64,000 nt of DNA from contig CAZCCH010000007.1 of assembly GCA_964497315.1 (NCBI GenBank), positions 4,503-68,502 of the forward strand, written 5' to 3'. Below are positions 27,683 through 38,098 of the stretch, in pieces. Both the position numbers and the translations under genes were made by a program. Source of the stretch: an uncultured Planctomycetia bacterium. GTDB lineage: Bacteria > Omnitrophota > Gorgyraeia > Taenaricolales > CAZCCH01. The notes under the pieces were generated by a model. It did not search any database. It worked only from the letters and a program-made list of their open reading frames with translations, and had not been told where the DNA came from. Each line of letters begins with the position of its first letter. Within the stretch, counting starts at the first letter, position 1.

Positions 27683-27859
27683 ATGAAAAAGATGGCAGTA
27701 GCGTGTCTTGTTGTAGCAATACTTAGTTTTTTGGTCGCTGTGTTAAAATCAGGTGTGAATGTAAATGAACTTAGACCTAATGACTGGTTAAAAGTTGCCA
27801 ACACAATGGCATTTCTTAGTATAGCCATAGGTATTATAGCAACATTGAAAAAGAAGTAG
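27683..27859 (+). CDS. 58-aa two-helix membrane protein
   Basis: MKKMAVACLVVAILSFLVAVLKSGVNVNELRPNDWLKVANTMAFLSIAIGIIATLKKK; purine-rich SD upstream; not in the ORF track. Confidence 0.65.
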   Translation: MKKMAVACLVVAILSFLVAVLKSGVNVNELRPNDWLKVANTMAFLSIAIGIIATLKKK

Positions 27860-27891
27860 AGGTAAAAAACTTTTAAAGGGGTGGAAAGGTT

Positions 27892-29055
27892 TTGAAAAGC
27901 TTTCGAGCTTTATTGCAAAAACAAAGCAAATGCGCCTTTGTAATAATAATATTTTTGTCTATCGAAATGCTTTATTGCCCTCAGGCGAAGGCAGGCATAG
28001 AAATGGGTTCTTGTAAGCTTTATCCAAGCATCGAGGTAAAAGAGACTTATTACGATAATTATTATTTAAGCGCTACAGAGTGCAAAGAGGATTTTGTGAC
28101 AGTTGTTACACCTGAAGTTTATTTTGAAAGTACCGGGGGGGATGATGAATTCGGCTTTAGATATAAATTACCATTGACTTACTATGCATACCAGTTGCAT
28201 GAAGTTATCCACAAGCAGGAGGTTTCCACCTTTTTAAATTTAAAAGGCTCAAAACACTATTTAGAGTTAGAAGAAGACTTTAAAGAGGTTAATTATGTTA
28301 CTAGCTATGGCAGCGAACATTCTGAGTACAATGTAAATACTTTCACATCAATATTTGGCGCAGAATTTAACCACTTGGGCTATGAGTTAACTTGGAAAAA
28401 TACAGATTATGCACATGGAGATAGTCCTAACAGTGATTACACTAAGAATGCGTGGACTCTAACTGGTAGCTATCGCATATTGCCAAAGACAAAAACCTTG
28501 CTTGAATATACCTACGAAAGGCTAAGATACGATAGAAACTTAACAAATGATGGAGATTCCGACGAGTTTAAAATCGGCATTGAAGGTAATTTAACTGCAA
28601 AACTGACAGGAATTATAAAAGTAGGACGTGCAGGAAAAGACTATAAGGAGAAGAAAGACTGGGAAGGCGAGACTTTATATGTAAATTTGACAGAAGAGTT
28701 TTCACCTAGAACTTCACTGACATTGGCAATGCAACGGAGTACGGAAGTTTCTAGCTACACAACTGAGAATTACTATGAGACAAATAAGGTTTCTATTGAC
28801 CTCATACAGAAGATAACAGGTAAAACAGAAGCAGATATAGGTGTAACTTATAAGAAGGATGATTATCCTGAAGTTTCTGATGACACAGATCCAAGAGAAG
28901 ATGATTTTTGGCAGTTTGACATAGGACTTAGCTGGCCGGTGAGAAATTGGCTTGAGTCAGATATAACATATACATTCATGAAACGAAATTCAAGTAACGC
29001 TACTTACGACTATGAGAGTAATGTTACATCAATAGCATTCAAGGCAGATTTTTAA
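27892..29055 (+). CDS. Polysaccharide-export-associated outer-membrane beta-barrel
   Basis: Signal peptide; 'LYPSIEVKETYYDNY..EDFVTVVTP'; ends 'YDYESNVTSIAFKADF'; immediately upstream of OPX and Wzc. Confidence 0.8.
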   Translation: MKSFRALLQKQSKCAFVIIIFLSIEMLYCPQAKAGIEMGSCKLYPSIEVKETYYDNYYLSATECKEDFVTVVTPEVYFESTGGDDEFGFRYKLPLTYYAYQLHEVIHKQEVSTFLNLKGSKHYLELEEDFKEVNYVTSYGSEHSEYNVNTFTSIFGAEFNHLGYELTWKNTDYAHGDSPNSDYTKNAWTLTGSYRILPKTKTLLEYTYERLRYDRNLTNDGDSDEFKIGIEGNLTAKLTGIIKVGRAGKDYKEKKDWEGETLYVNLTEEFSPRTSLTLAMQRSTEVSSYTTENYYETNKVSIDLIQKITGKTEADIGVTYKKDDYPEVSDDTDPREDDFWQFDIGLSWPVRNWLESDITYTFMKRNSSNATYDYESNVTSIAFKADF

Positions 29056-29069
29056 TTTAGAGTGTAGAT

Positions 29070-31688
29070 ATGATTTATAAAAAATTGAACTTAAAAACAG
29101 TAAGTTTTATTGTGACTTTTATGATTTTATGCCTGCAAGTTAATGCAATTGCCCTGGCGGCACAACAGGAAGATAGGATTTTTAAAAAGATAAAGACGTT
29201 AAAAGAAAATGAACAAACCTGCCAATTTGAAATAAATACACTAAAAGGCGATATCAAAAGAATAGAAACCTCCCTTGCTGAAATTGCACAGCAAGGACCA
29301 GATATATCTAAGTCTATTTCAGAAAAAGAAGTGGAACTTGTACAGGCCGAAGGATTATTGAAAGAATTACAGCTTGAACAAAAAGATTTATCCAAGATGC
29401 GCAAAGAGTTTGTTTCCGAGAAAAAAGAAGCTAATTCTCTGCGGCCTCAAGTAGAAAACTACGTTAGGAAGAAGAAAGCCCTACAAGAACTTTTATCAGA
29501 TAAGCAAGAAAGCATTAAAGAGTTACAAGCTTTATTGAAAGAAACCTTTAACAAAATAGATGAACTAGAAAAAGAAAAGGCTAAGCTTACCTTGCAAGAA
29601 GAAATGCAGGAGGAGTTAGACCCAGAGATGTTCAGGCTTCAGAGGGAAATGATGGTACTACAGGGAGAGCTTTCTAAGGTTGAACAGCAGAAGAAACAAG
29701 AAAGGGCAAAGATTTATAAGATAAAATCAGACCTTGCATTTTTTCAGAATGCCCTTGGGCAGATAGATGAAGGTTTTAACCAGCTGCAAAAAGAACAAGC
29801 CAAACTGGTAGGCCTTGAACATACAGCTTCAATTGCCCAAAAGCAAAAACAGATGTCTGAGGAGGCAAATAGGCTGGAGAGCCAAATAAAAATATATACT
29901 AAAAATTGCACTGTTGCCTATGAAGATTTAACCACAGCGCAAAATATACTAAAAGACTTAGAAGGAAAGTCCGAGGGTTTAGTTAAAGGGCTAAAGCAGA
30001 AGGTGGCAGGGTTTATCGAAAAAGAAGACAAAATCAGTGAGGATAAAAAAGAAACTATTGCTAAAAAGTGCAAAGGAATAGATAATAAAATAGCAAATTT
30101 TGAGAATAAAAAATTATCCACAGATAAAAGAATAAATAAACTAAAAGTTGAAATAACAGAACACAAAGAAGAAATTCTGACCTTAGAAAGAGAAATCACA
30201 AGTATTGGCCAAAAAGGTGTTTTTGAAAAACTGGATTCTCAAATTAAAAAGATTAAAAGACAGGAAGAGGCCACAGCCAAGTCCATAAATGATACAATTG
30301 AAAAAAGAGAATTGCTAAAAAAGGATTTATCACAATTAAAGCAGCTTCTTTCGCAAATATCCAAGAATGGGGAAGAAAAAAAGAAGCAGCTATCAAAAAA
30401 TATACCAAAGCTTTCCAAGATGGAGCAAAAGTATAAACAACTATGCTCCAAAATAGAAAGACTCAAAACTGAATTGGCAACTATTGATACAGCAAAATCT
30501 AAGGAGTTCAGCTCCTTGGAAGCTAAGCTCCGGGAGTCAAGTGAGGTTATTTCTATATTAGGAAAGCAGAAAGATCTTTTAGAAACAAAGATAGAAAAGC
30601 TCACTAAAAGAACTGCCTCTGTGAGTGGAGTGTCTATAAAGGCATTATCAGCGCAACCTTCCTCAGAAGTTAAAGAAACAACTACCGGCTATACAATATT
30701 ACCAAATGATGTGTTGGAAATTACTGTTTACGGTGCGCCGGATTTAACTACAACAGTAAGAGTAGCAGACGACGGTAGCATTTCATATCCGCTTTTAGGT
30801 AGGGTTAAAGTTATAAACCTAACACCTGCACAATTAGAAGAAATTTTAGCGCAAAAGCTAAGTGAGGGTTATATTGTAAATCCTCAAGTTAGCGTTTTTG
30901 TACAGAAGTTTGCCAAGATTACCATGTTAGGTGAAATAAATATCGCAGGGACTCTTGAATTAGAAGAACAGATGACAATCCTAGACGCAATTGCAAAGGC
31001 AGGCGGCTTTACCGATGCAGCTGATGTAGATGCGATAAGGATTATCAGAGTTGTAGATGGTAAGCCAGCAGCCATAAATATACGTATTACAGACATAACC
31101 AAGAAGGGTGATAGGAGTAAAAACATCCGCTTACTGCCACAAGATATAGTATATATGCCCAAATTGCCGGAAATCAATGTATTGGGAGAGGTGGGCATAC
31201 CGGGTACCTTCTCGTTAAAAGGTCAAATGACTATATTAGACGCCATAGCTAAAGCAGGAGGTTTTACTGATATGGCAAATATAGATACAACAAAGATTAT
31301 AAGAGTTATTGACGGCAAAGAGACCTCTATCAAAGTGAAAGTTACAGGCATAAGCAAAAATGGTGATGACAAAGCCGAAAATATTTGTTTGTTACCAGGA
31401 GATACAATACATGTATCTAAATTTGACAAAATTACTGTATTAGGAGAAGTGGAAGCCCCAGGTGTTTTTGATTTAAAAGAAAACATGACAGCCTTGGACG
31501 CAATTGCTCTAGCAGGAGGCTTTACTGATGAAGCCGCCCCAAATAGGACCAAGATTATTCGCGGAAGAGGTAAGGGTAAAAAATATATAAGAGCTAAGTT
31601 GCATGATGTACTTACAAAAGGCGACAGAACCAAAGATGCGCTATTGGAACCAGATGACATACTTTCTGTTCCCGAGAGCTTTTTTTAA
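29070..31688 (+). CDS. wza: OPX/Wza polysaccharide export protein with about 490-aa N-terminal coiled coil and three SLBB repeats
   Basis: PES 'YTILPNDVLEITVYGAPDL..VADDGSISYPLLG'; three 'LDAIA.AGGFTD' repeats; ends 'VPESFF'; K/E/L heptad-rich N-terminus. Confidence 0.85.
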   Translation: MIYKKLNLKTVSFIVTFMILCLQVNAIALAAQQEDRIFKKIKTLKENEQTCQFEINTLKGDIKRIETSLAEIAQQGPDISKSISEKEVELVQAEGLLKELQLEQKDLSKMRKEFVSEKKEANSLRPQVENYVRKKKALQELLSDKQESIKELQALLKETFNKIDELEKEKAKLTLQEEMQEELDPEMFRLQREMMVLQGELSKVEQQKKQERAKIYKIKSDLAFFQNALGQIDEGFNQLQKEQAKLVGLEHTASIAQKQKQMSEEANRLESQIKIYTKNCTVAYEDLTTAQNILKDLEGKSEGLVKGLKQKVAGFIEKEDKISEDKKETIAKKCKGIDNKIANFENKKLSTDKRINKLKVEITEHKEEILTLEREITSIGQKGVFEKLDSQIKKIKRQEEATAKSINDTIEKRELLKKDLSQLKQLLSQISKNGEEKKKQLSKNIPKLSKMEQKYKQLCSKIERLKTELATIDTAKSKEFSSLEAKLRESSEVISILGKQKDLLETKIEKLTKRTASVSGVSIKALSAQPSSEVKETTTGYTILPNDVLEITVYGAPDLTTTVRVADDGSISYPLLGRVKVINLTPAQLEEILAQKLSEGYIVNPQVSVFVQKFAKITMLGEINIAGTLELEEQMTILDAIAKAGGFTDAADVDAIRIIRVVDGKPAAINIRITDITKKGDRSKNIRLLPQDIVYMPKLPEINVLGEVGIPGTFSLKGQMTILDAIAKAGGFTDMANIDTTKIIRVIDGKETSIKVKVTGISKNGDDKAENICLLPGDTIHVSKFDKITVLGEVEAPGVFDLKENMTALDAIALAGGFTDEAAPNRTKIIRGRGKGKKYIRAKLHDVLTKGDRTKDALLEPDDILSVPESFF

Positions 31689-31700
31689 TATAGGAGAAAG

Positions 31701-33539
31701 ATGTTACCTTCAAGCAAAAAGGAAGAATTTAATATAGCAGACTACTGGCAGGTTATCCAGAAAAGAAAATGGGTTATTATAGCTAGTTTTTTAACCTTTT
31801 TTACAATCGTTGCCATTTATACTTTCAGAATGGTTCCTATCTATAGAGCCACAGCTGTGATTTTAATAGAAAGGCAGCGTCCAAAGGTAGCGCCAGTACA
31901 GGGAATGTATAACGTTAGGCTGATAGATAGAGAGTTCTACCAAACCCAATATCGAATATTGAAATCTAGATCTTTGGTAAAATTGCTATTTGAAGAGTTG
32001 AATTTGTATATAGATCCCGAATTTGCTGATTTAGATGATTCTATAGGCAGCTTCCTTAACAGGGTAACAGTAGAACCAGTAAAAAAAAGCAAATTAGTAG
32101 ACTTGAGCTTTGACGGCCCTGATCCTAATAAGGTTACTAAGATAGTCAATACCTTAGCAGGGCAATACATAAAGCAGGATGTGGAAAATGCAGCCAAGGT
32201 TTCCAGAAGCGCGGTAGAATGGCTATTAGGCCAAGTAGATACTCTAAAGGAGAGAGTAAGAGAGTCGGAAGAGGCACTCCAGAAATTCAGGGAAGAACAA
32301 AAAATAGTTATTACGCCAGAGTCTGAAAGAGAAATGACTACATTGATAGAGGTTTTAAAGAAGAAAGAAGCGCAGCTAGTAATAGAACTATCAGAGTTCT
32401 CTGAGAAATATGGCAAGAAACATCCTAAGATGATTATGCTGGAATCGGAATTGACATCTGTGAGAGCGAAGTTGGATCTTGAAACCAAAAAAGCCATTAC
32501 TATAGGCCAGGCAGGTATACAATTTAATGTACTGCAACGTGAAATGGAAAGCAATAAGCGACTATATGAAGCTCTTCTGAAGAAAGCGAAAGAAACAGGA
32601 GTAACAGAAGAATTACAAGTTAGCCAGATTAGGATTGTGGATAAAGCAGAAATACCTAAAAGTCCTATAAAGCCTGATAGAAAAATGAACCTCGGATTAG
32701 GTGCTTTTATGGGACTTGCGTTAGGTATTGCTCTGGTTATGTTCCTGGAATACATGGATAATACACTTAAAAATCCAGAAGACGTAGAGCAATGTTTAGA
32801 ACTTCCATTTCTTGGGTATATTCCTTCTAGCAAAAAAGAGGCAAAGAATGTCAACAAAATAGATTTGCTAGTACATCAACAATCCAAATCTGTAGTTTCA
32901 GAAGCCTATAGAGCCATAAGGACTGCTATGATTTTTGCCTTTGCGGATAAATCTACCAAGAGTATATTGATTACTAGCGCAGGACCACAGGAAGGCAAAA
33001 CTACCGTCAGTATAAATTTGGCTACTATTATGACCCAGGCTGGAGATAAGGTGCTTTTGATTGATGCAGATATGCGGTGTCCAAGAGTGCATAAGAGTTT
33101 TGAACTTGATATCAACAATGGCCTGAGCGAAATTCTGGTAGGAAAGATAAGCTTGGATTCTGCCATAAAGAAGACAGAGATTCCGAACCTTAGCGTTATT
33201 ACCTGTGGTTCCATACCTCCAAACCCTGCTGAACTCTTGGGTACTCAGAAAATGAAGGACTTTCTAAATGAAGTAAGCAGTAAATTTGACAGGGTTATAT
33301 TTGATTCTCCTCCCATCATAACTGTTACAGACTCCTCCATATTGGCCAATATAGTAGATGGTGTTGCCTTTGTAATCCAAGGAGGAAAAACTGCTATCGA
33401 ACTCGCATTACGGGCGAAGCAGAGATTGCAGAATGCCAAAGCCAATGTATTAGGAATAATATTAAATAATGTAGACATGGCTAAAGAGAGCTACTATTAT
33501 TACTATTATTCCTACGGATCCGATACCAAAAAGACCTAA
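31701..33539 (+). CDS. wzc: Polysaccharide co-polymerase/tyrosine autokinase
   Basis: Two TMs around a coiled coil; Walker A 'GPQEGKT'; 'DADMR'; 'DSPP'; C-terminal YYYYYYSY cluster. Confidence 0.95.
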   Translation: MLPSSKKEEFNIADYWQVIQKRKWVIIASFLTFFTIVAIYTFRMVPIYRATAVILIERQRPKVAPVQGMYNVRLIDREFYQTQYRILKSRSLVKLLFEELNLYIDPEFADLDDSIGSFLNRVTVEPVKKSKLVDLSFDGPDPNKVTKIVNTLAGQYIKQDVENAAKVSRSAVEWLLGQVDTLKERVRESEEALQKFREEQKIVITPESEREMTTLIEVLKKKEAQLVIELSEFSEKYGKKHPKMIMLESELTSVRAKLDLETKKAITIGQAGIQFNVLQREMESNKRLYEALLKKAKETGVTEELQVSQIRIVDKAEIPKSPIKPDRKMNLGLGAFMGLALGIALVMFLEYMDNTLKNPEDVEQCLELPFLGYIPSSKKEAKNVNKIDLLVHQQSKSVVSEAYRAIRTAMIFAFADKSTKSILITSAGPQEGKTTVSINLATIMTQAGDKVLLIDADMRCPRVHKSFELDINNGLSEILVGKISLDSAIKKTEIPNLSVITCGSIPPNPAELLGTQKMKDFLNEVSSKFDRVIFDSPPIITVTDSSILANIVDGVAFVIQGGKTAIELALRAKQRLQNAKANVLGIILNNVDMAKESYYYYYYSYGSDTKKT

Positions 33540-36004
33540 TGACCCTATCCATTGAGAATATTTGTAATTTTTTGATCCAATCTTCATTAATTTTCCTTAT
33601 AATTTTTCTACCACTTGCCTTTGGTGCAGTTGAGGTGTGGTCAATAACAATAATGGAGTTGTTTGTTTTGTTTACAGTTTCCCTCTGGTTTTTCAGGATG
33701 GTTAACCAGAGGAACGTACGTTTTTTTAATACCGCCTTAAATCTTCCGATATTCGTATTTATAGCCTTTTGCCTGTTAACCTTCAACTTGTCTGTTTATA
33801 AGTACGCTACCAAAGTGGAATTATCTAAGCTGCTAGCCTTTACAGCCGTTTTTCTCACTATAGTAAATAACATCCAGACAAGGAGAAGGATAAACCTAAT
33901 GGTTGGGTCTATAATTGTCAGTGGGTTTATAGTGGCAGTGCTGGGTTTGGTTGTTGGATATGGAGAAGCAGGGAAGATATATTGGTTGAAGAGTAATAGC
34001 GGAATAATAAGCTCTTTGGGTCTTTACGTAAATAGGAATAATTTTGCAGGACTTATGCTAATGACAATTCCACTGGCCATGGGAGCAATGTTGACTAATA
34101 CAGAGATGGTAAGGAAGTTTCTATATGGGTTTATGGCTATTGTTATGTCAACGGCGCTTTTTTTAAGCCGGTCCAGAAGTGGTATGATAAGTTTTTTGGC
34201 CTGCCTTTGTTTTATAACGTTAATGTCGAAAGCGTCAAAAACCCTCCGTAAGAAAAACATCGTGATTATAACGTGGATATTGCTTGGGATGCTTGCTATA
34301 GGATTGGCAGCAAAAAATGTGGTTGTAGAGCGCTTGACAACTATATTAAACCCAAAACAGGCCATATCTTTACGTTGGGATACTTGGAGTGACACAGCAA
34401 AGATGGTAAAGGATTTTCCTGTTTTTGGTACAGGACTGGGTACGTTCCCACACGTATTCCCGCAATATAAAACTATGAGGCGAGATGTGTTCTTTACACA
34501 TGCCGAAAATGAATACATTCAAATTTTATCAGAAACCGGCATTTTGGGGTTCTCATTATTTTTATGGATAGTTCTGGTATTTTTCAAAAAGGTATTTTAC
34601 GAGCCATTTTGGCCTTTTTCGCATAAAACAAGAAAGGATCCTTATGTGTTAGGTCTGGGCCTGGGATGCTTAACCAGTGTATTTGCATTGAGCATCCATA
34701 ACCTTATGCATTTCGATTTGCACATTCCCTCAAATGCCTTCGTGCTTACTTCCATTATGGGCCTGACGATAGCTATAATCTATAACCGGATATATGAAGG
34801 CAGGGAGAGCAGCTTGTTGACTGAAAAAAGGTGGAATATCCCAAAAGGAATACCTCAAAAAATAGGATATTTTTCAGTGGCAGTGTTTTTGATAAGTGCC
34901 ATTATTCCCATAGGCAGGTTTTACATAGCTGATAGTAATGCCAGAGAGGTTGAATGGCTTTTGGCAGATAGGGAAAGCATTGTAAGCTTAACTGACATTG
35001 AAAAGCTGAAATTGGCGGCATACCTGGAACCAGGTTGCAGCTTTTACCATTATCTTTTGGGCATAGCATACGAAAGGGCATTGCAGATAAATCCTCTTCC
35101 CTACGAAAAGGCCATTATGCAGGAACCAATGAATGCAAAATATCATTTGAGGCTGGCGTTAATTTATGAGAAATTGGCAAACGCCGGAAATGAAGAATAT
35201 TTCAGTAAGGCAGAAAAAGAATATGTGAAGGCTGCAAGCCTTAGAGAAAATGAAGCCATTTATCAATATTATGCGTCCCGCTCTCATTTAGAAAGAGGGC
35301 ACAAAGATAGAATGATAGAGCGAGTTAAGAAAATGATAGAGTTGAGCGAATACGAATATATGGTTCGTTTTATCTTTGACGCAATAAAAATTAATGAAGG
35401 ATACCTTGGTGCGGTAGCGGATATTATAAATAGCATAACGCCAGGCAGGGTAAGAATTACAGATGATGAGGTTACTATTTTGCTTGAGGATTTTGAGAGC
35501 ACAAATGGCACAGGAATGGTTAAGTGGGCTGGTAATGCGGACTATGAAGTTAGAGAGCATAAAAAAATAAATACAGTTTCGTTTAGAGGCGAGCAATCTG
35601 AAATGCTAAAAATCTGCTATAAAGAAAGAGGCCAGCGTGATTACTGGAGGATTTTTACGGTAGACATTCCTTTGCTGTCACAGAGAAGAGCGGGGTTAAG
35701 GTTTCACATTAACTGCGAGGGCAATTTTGAAGGAAGGATAGTAGCAAATGTTTGCTATAAGGATGCAGAAGGAGATGTTGTTCGAACAGCAACTTTTAAT
35801 TCTCAGCAGAGAAGAGAGCTCGCTGGCAATTGGCTGCAATTTGAGATTGACGATATATATGGCAGGGCAAACGAATATGCTATTTCTCAGGGTTTAGGAA
35901 TCAATAAAATGGCGGTCAACTTCGTAGGGATTGACACAAGGGGATATTCAGGATCTATGTATATAGATGAATTTGAATTTTTTATAGAGAGACAAAGTGA
36001 ATAA
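33539..36004 (+). CDS. O-antigen ligase/Wzy_C-family protein with TPR and C-terminal CBM-like domain
   Basis: Multiple TMs; 'SRSRSG'; 'W.DT.KMVKDFPVFGTGLGTF'; 'HAENEY'; TPR 'YHYLLGIAYE'; tail 'SGSMYIDEFEF'. Confidence 0.85.
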   Translation: MTLSIENICNFLIQSSLIFLIIFLPLAFGAVEVWSITIMELFVLFTVSLWFFRMVNQRNVRFFNTALNLPIFVFIAFCLLTFNLSVYKYATKVELSKLLAFTAVFLTIVNNIQTRRRINLMVGSIIVSGFIVAVLGLVVGYGEAGKIYWLKSNSGIISSLGLYVNRNNFAGLMLMTIPLAMGAMLTNTEMVRKFLYGFMAIVMSTALFLSRSRSGMISFLACLCFITLMSKASKTLRKKNIVIITWILLGMLAIGLAAKNVVVERLTTILNPKQAISLRWDTWSDTAKMVKDFPVFGTGLGTFPHVFPQYKTMRRDVFFTHAENEYIQILSETGILGFSLFLWIVLVFFKKVFYEPFWPFSHKTRKDPYVLGLGLGCLTSVFALSIHNLMHFDLHIPSNAFVLTSIMGLTIAIIYNRIYEGRESSLLTEKRWNIPKGIPQKIGYFSVAVFLISAIIPIGRFYIADSNAREVEWLLADRESIVSLTDIEKLKLAAYLEPGCSFYHYLLGIAYERALQINPLPYEKAIMQEPMNAKYHLRLALIYEKLANAGNEEYFSKAEKEYVKAASLRENEAIYQYYASRSHLERGHKDRMIERVKKMIELSEYEYMVRFIFDAIKINEGYLGAVADIINSITPGRVRITDDEVTILLEDFESTNGTGMVKWAGNADYEVREHKKINTVSFRGEQSEMLKICYKERGQRDYWRIFTVDIPLLSQRRAGLRFHINCEGNFEGRIVANVCYKDAEGDVVRTATFNSQQRRELAGNWLQFEIDDIYGRANEYAISQGLGINKMAVNFVGIDTRGYSGSMYIDEFEFFIERQSE

Positions 36005-37376
36005 AATAGGTATCCCAATTTTTTTAATTTTAATTTGTATCCTCAGCCTCGGAATGCTGTTTACGGGAACTTCGGCAGAACATGCCCTATCTTTTGTTAT
36101 CACAGCATTAATTTGCATAATTTCCGGGTTGTTCCTTGCAGGCCGTTCCACCGGGGAGGAAAAAAAGTTTCTTGTTGGAATATTTATTTATGCATTTCTA
36201 TTGAGAGTATCTCTGGCCTTAATTTATTTTTTCTATTTAAAAGCACAAACCGGAGGAGGGTTTGTTCCCGGAGGAGACAGTGCGGTATATGATGCGGTTG
36301 GAGGATACATAGCACAGGCTTGGTCAGAGGGACGGCCATATCTTGGGCGCATAGGCAGCCACCCAGGTTATTATTATTTTTTGGGCTGCGCATACTTTCT
36401 CGGGGGACACCAGCCCTTAAATGCGATTATGCTCAATTGCCTTTTGGGGGCGCTCACATGTATCTATGCTTACAAAATCGCGAAGTTAATATACGATGAG
36501 AGAATAGCGAAAATTACAGCCAAACTGATATGCTTTTTCCCAAATCTAATATTTTGGTCTATTGTTATCTTAAAGGATATGCCTATAGTATTCTCCGTAA
36601 CTTTTATTATCTGGCAGGTTTTAAATTTAAATAATAGATTGAACTTGTCCCGAATTTTTTTAGTTTTTATTTTTGGTCTTTTTCTATTTCTATTCAGGAG
36701 AGTTACGGCAGCCTTTTTAATTTTACTTGTAATTAACCACCTAATATTTTCAAAAACGCAAAACTTTAAATTAAAACGGATATTGACTGCGATTATTGTT
36801 TTGGCCTGCCTGGGGATTGTATTTGGCCAATACGGCTATGGTTTTTTGGGAATAGATACCCTGCTTATTGCTCCAGAGAGAACAGAGAGAATCCAGAGCA
36901 GCTTGTATGCAATGGCCTCTTTTACTGAAAGAGAAAGTTCGTTGATTCTTGCCATTATGAACAAGCCTCTATATTTGAAAATACCGGCCAGTTTTGTATA
37001 TACCCTCATAATGCCGTTTCCGCCATGGAAAGTATTTGCAATTCCGGGAATTTTTGGGATAACAAAAGCGACTGCTTTGGGAAATTTAATATGGTATATA
37101 CTAATCCCGTTGACAATTATTGGCGTGCTTTATTCTTCCGGCCAGAAAAATAAAGATCATAGGCTTCTTTTGCACATGATATTTTTTATTATCATTGCTA
37201 TTTCAACGGCGTACCTGGGGGCTGGAGCCAGATATAGAGCTCAGGTCATGCCTTTGTGTTTAATTTTTACTGCAGTGGGATTGACCCAATACAAGAAATA
37301 CCGGTTTATTTCCCTTATTTATTACGCAACTTTTGGGGCTGGCGTCCTTCTCTATGCTTGCTTAAAGTATTTTTAA
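35997..37376 (+). CDS. Multi-TM GT-C/Wzy-like polymerase
   Basis: About 11 TMs; 'GDSAVYD', 'LKD', 'ARYRAQVMP'. Confidence 0.65.
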   Translation: MNKIGIPIFLILICILSLGMLFTGTSAEHALSFVITALICIISGLFLAGRSTGEEKKFLVGIFIYAFLLRVSLALIYFFYLKAQTGGGFVPGGDSAVYDAVGGYIAQAWSEGRPYLGRIGSHPGYYYFLGCAYFLGGHQPLNAIMLNCLLGALTCIYAYKIAKLIYDERIAKITAKLICFFPNLIFWSIVILKDMPIVFSVTFIIWQVLNLNNRLNLSRIFLVFIFGLFLFLFRRVTAAFLILLVINHLIFSKTQNFKLKRILTAIIVLACLGIVFGQYGYGFLGIDTLLIAPERTERIQSSLYAMASFTERESSLILAIMNKPLYLKIPASFVYTLIMPFPPWKVFAIPGIFGITKATALGNLIWYILIPLTIIGVLYSSGQKNKDHRLLLHMIFFIIIAISTAYLGAGARYRAQVMPLCLIFTAVGLTQYKKYRFISLIYYATFGAGVLLYACLKYF

Positions 37377-37388
37377 GGAGATATTGGT

Positions 37389-38093
37389 TTGTCAAAGGTT
37401 TTTTATAAACCTAAAGTTATCAGAGCTGAGCAAATTCATTATGACGAAGCAGCAAAGCGGTACAGGGAGTCTGATGAAACCATAGATAATCAAGAGCAAT
37501 TTGATATTTTGCGCAATGAGAGCTTGTTACTTAACCCGGAAAACATTGTCTTGGATTTAGGTTGCGGCACAGGAAGATATTTTCATTGTTTGCCGGGGGT
37601 GCAGAGATTAATAGGAGTGGATTGTTCCGGAAGCATGTTGTTAGAGGCAAAAAATCCCTATATGCAGGAAGAAATAAAAGCCATGAAAATAGATTTAGTC
37701 AGGGCCGATATAAATAAACTTCCTTTCAAGAAAGATATTTTTAACTTCGCATATTCTATTGGTGTATTGGGGGAGCATGCTATTTTTGATAGTCATATAG
37801 CTAATGAAGTATACAGGGTTGCCAGGGTCGGCGCCAAATTTTTATTTACAACAAAACCAGTTCCAAAAAGGACTTTTATTCAAAAAATTAAACATTCTCT
37901 GGGAAATATATTGCGTTTGTTGTTAGCTTATTCGCTAAGTAAGAAGTTAGGTTTGAAGATATTTTTTGGCGCGTTTTATGCCGATGCTTCTAAGATAGAA
38001 AATACGCTAAAAAGAGCCGGATTTAAGACCCAGTATATTAAAGAGATATTGAAGGATATTCATTTGCACAATCTTACTTTAGCAGAGAAGTAA
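37389..38093 (+). CDS. Class I SAM-dependent methyltransferase
   Basis: VLDLGCGTG; 'ADINKLPF'. Confidence 0.85.
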   Translation: MSKVFYKPKVIRAEQIHYDEAAKRYRESDETIDNQEQFDILRNESLLLNPENIVLDLGCGTGRYFHCLPGVQRLIGVDCSGSMLLEAKNPYMQEEIKAMKIDLVRADINKLPFKKDIFNFAYSIGVLGEHAIFDSHIANEVYRVARVGAKFLFTTKPVPKRTFIQKIKHSLGNILRLLLAYSLSKKLGLKIFFGAFYADASKIENTLKRAGFKTQYIKEILKDIHLHNLTLAEK

Positions 38094-38098
38094 ATAAG

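Noticed and set aside
29160-30620. SMC/chromosome-segregation-like call for the coiled coil
   Set aside because: No Walker motifs or hinge; it follows a signal peptide and is in frame with OPX domains.
31937-32857. 306-aa minus-strand ORF
   Set aside because: Lies wholly antisense to wzc, with shadow-frame composition (S/L/F-rich) and no motif.
33492-33509. TAY trinucleotide run as a phase-variable repeat
   Set aside because: It encodes the normal Wzc tyrosine cluster, with mixed TAC/TAT codons.
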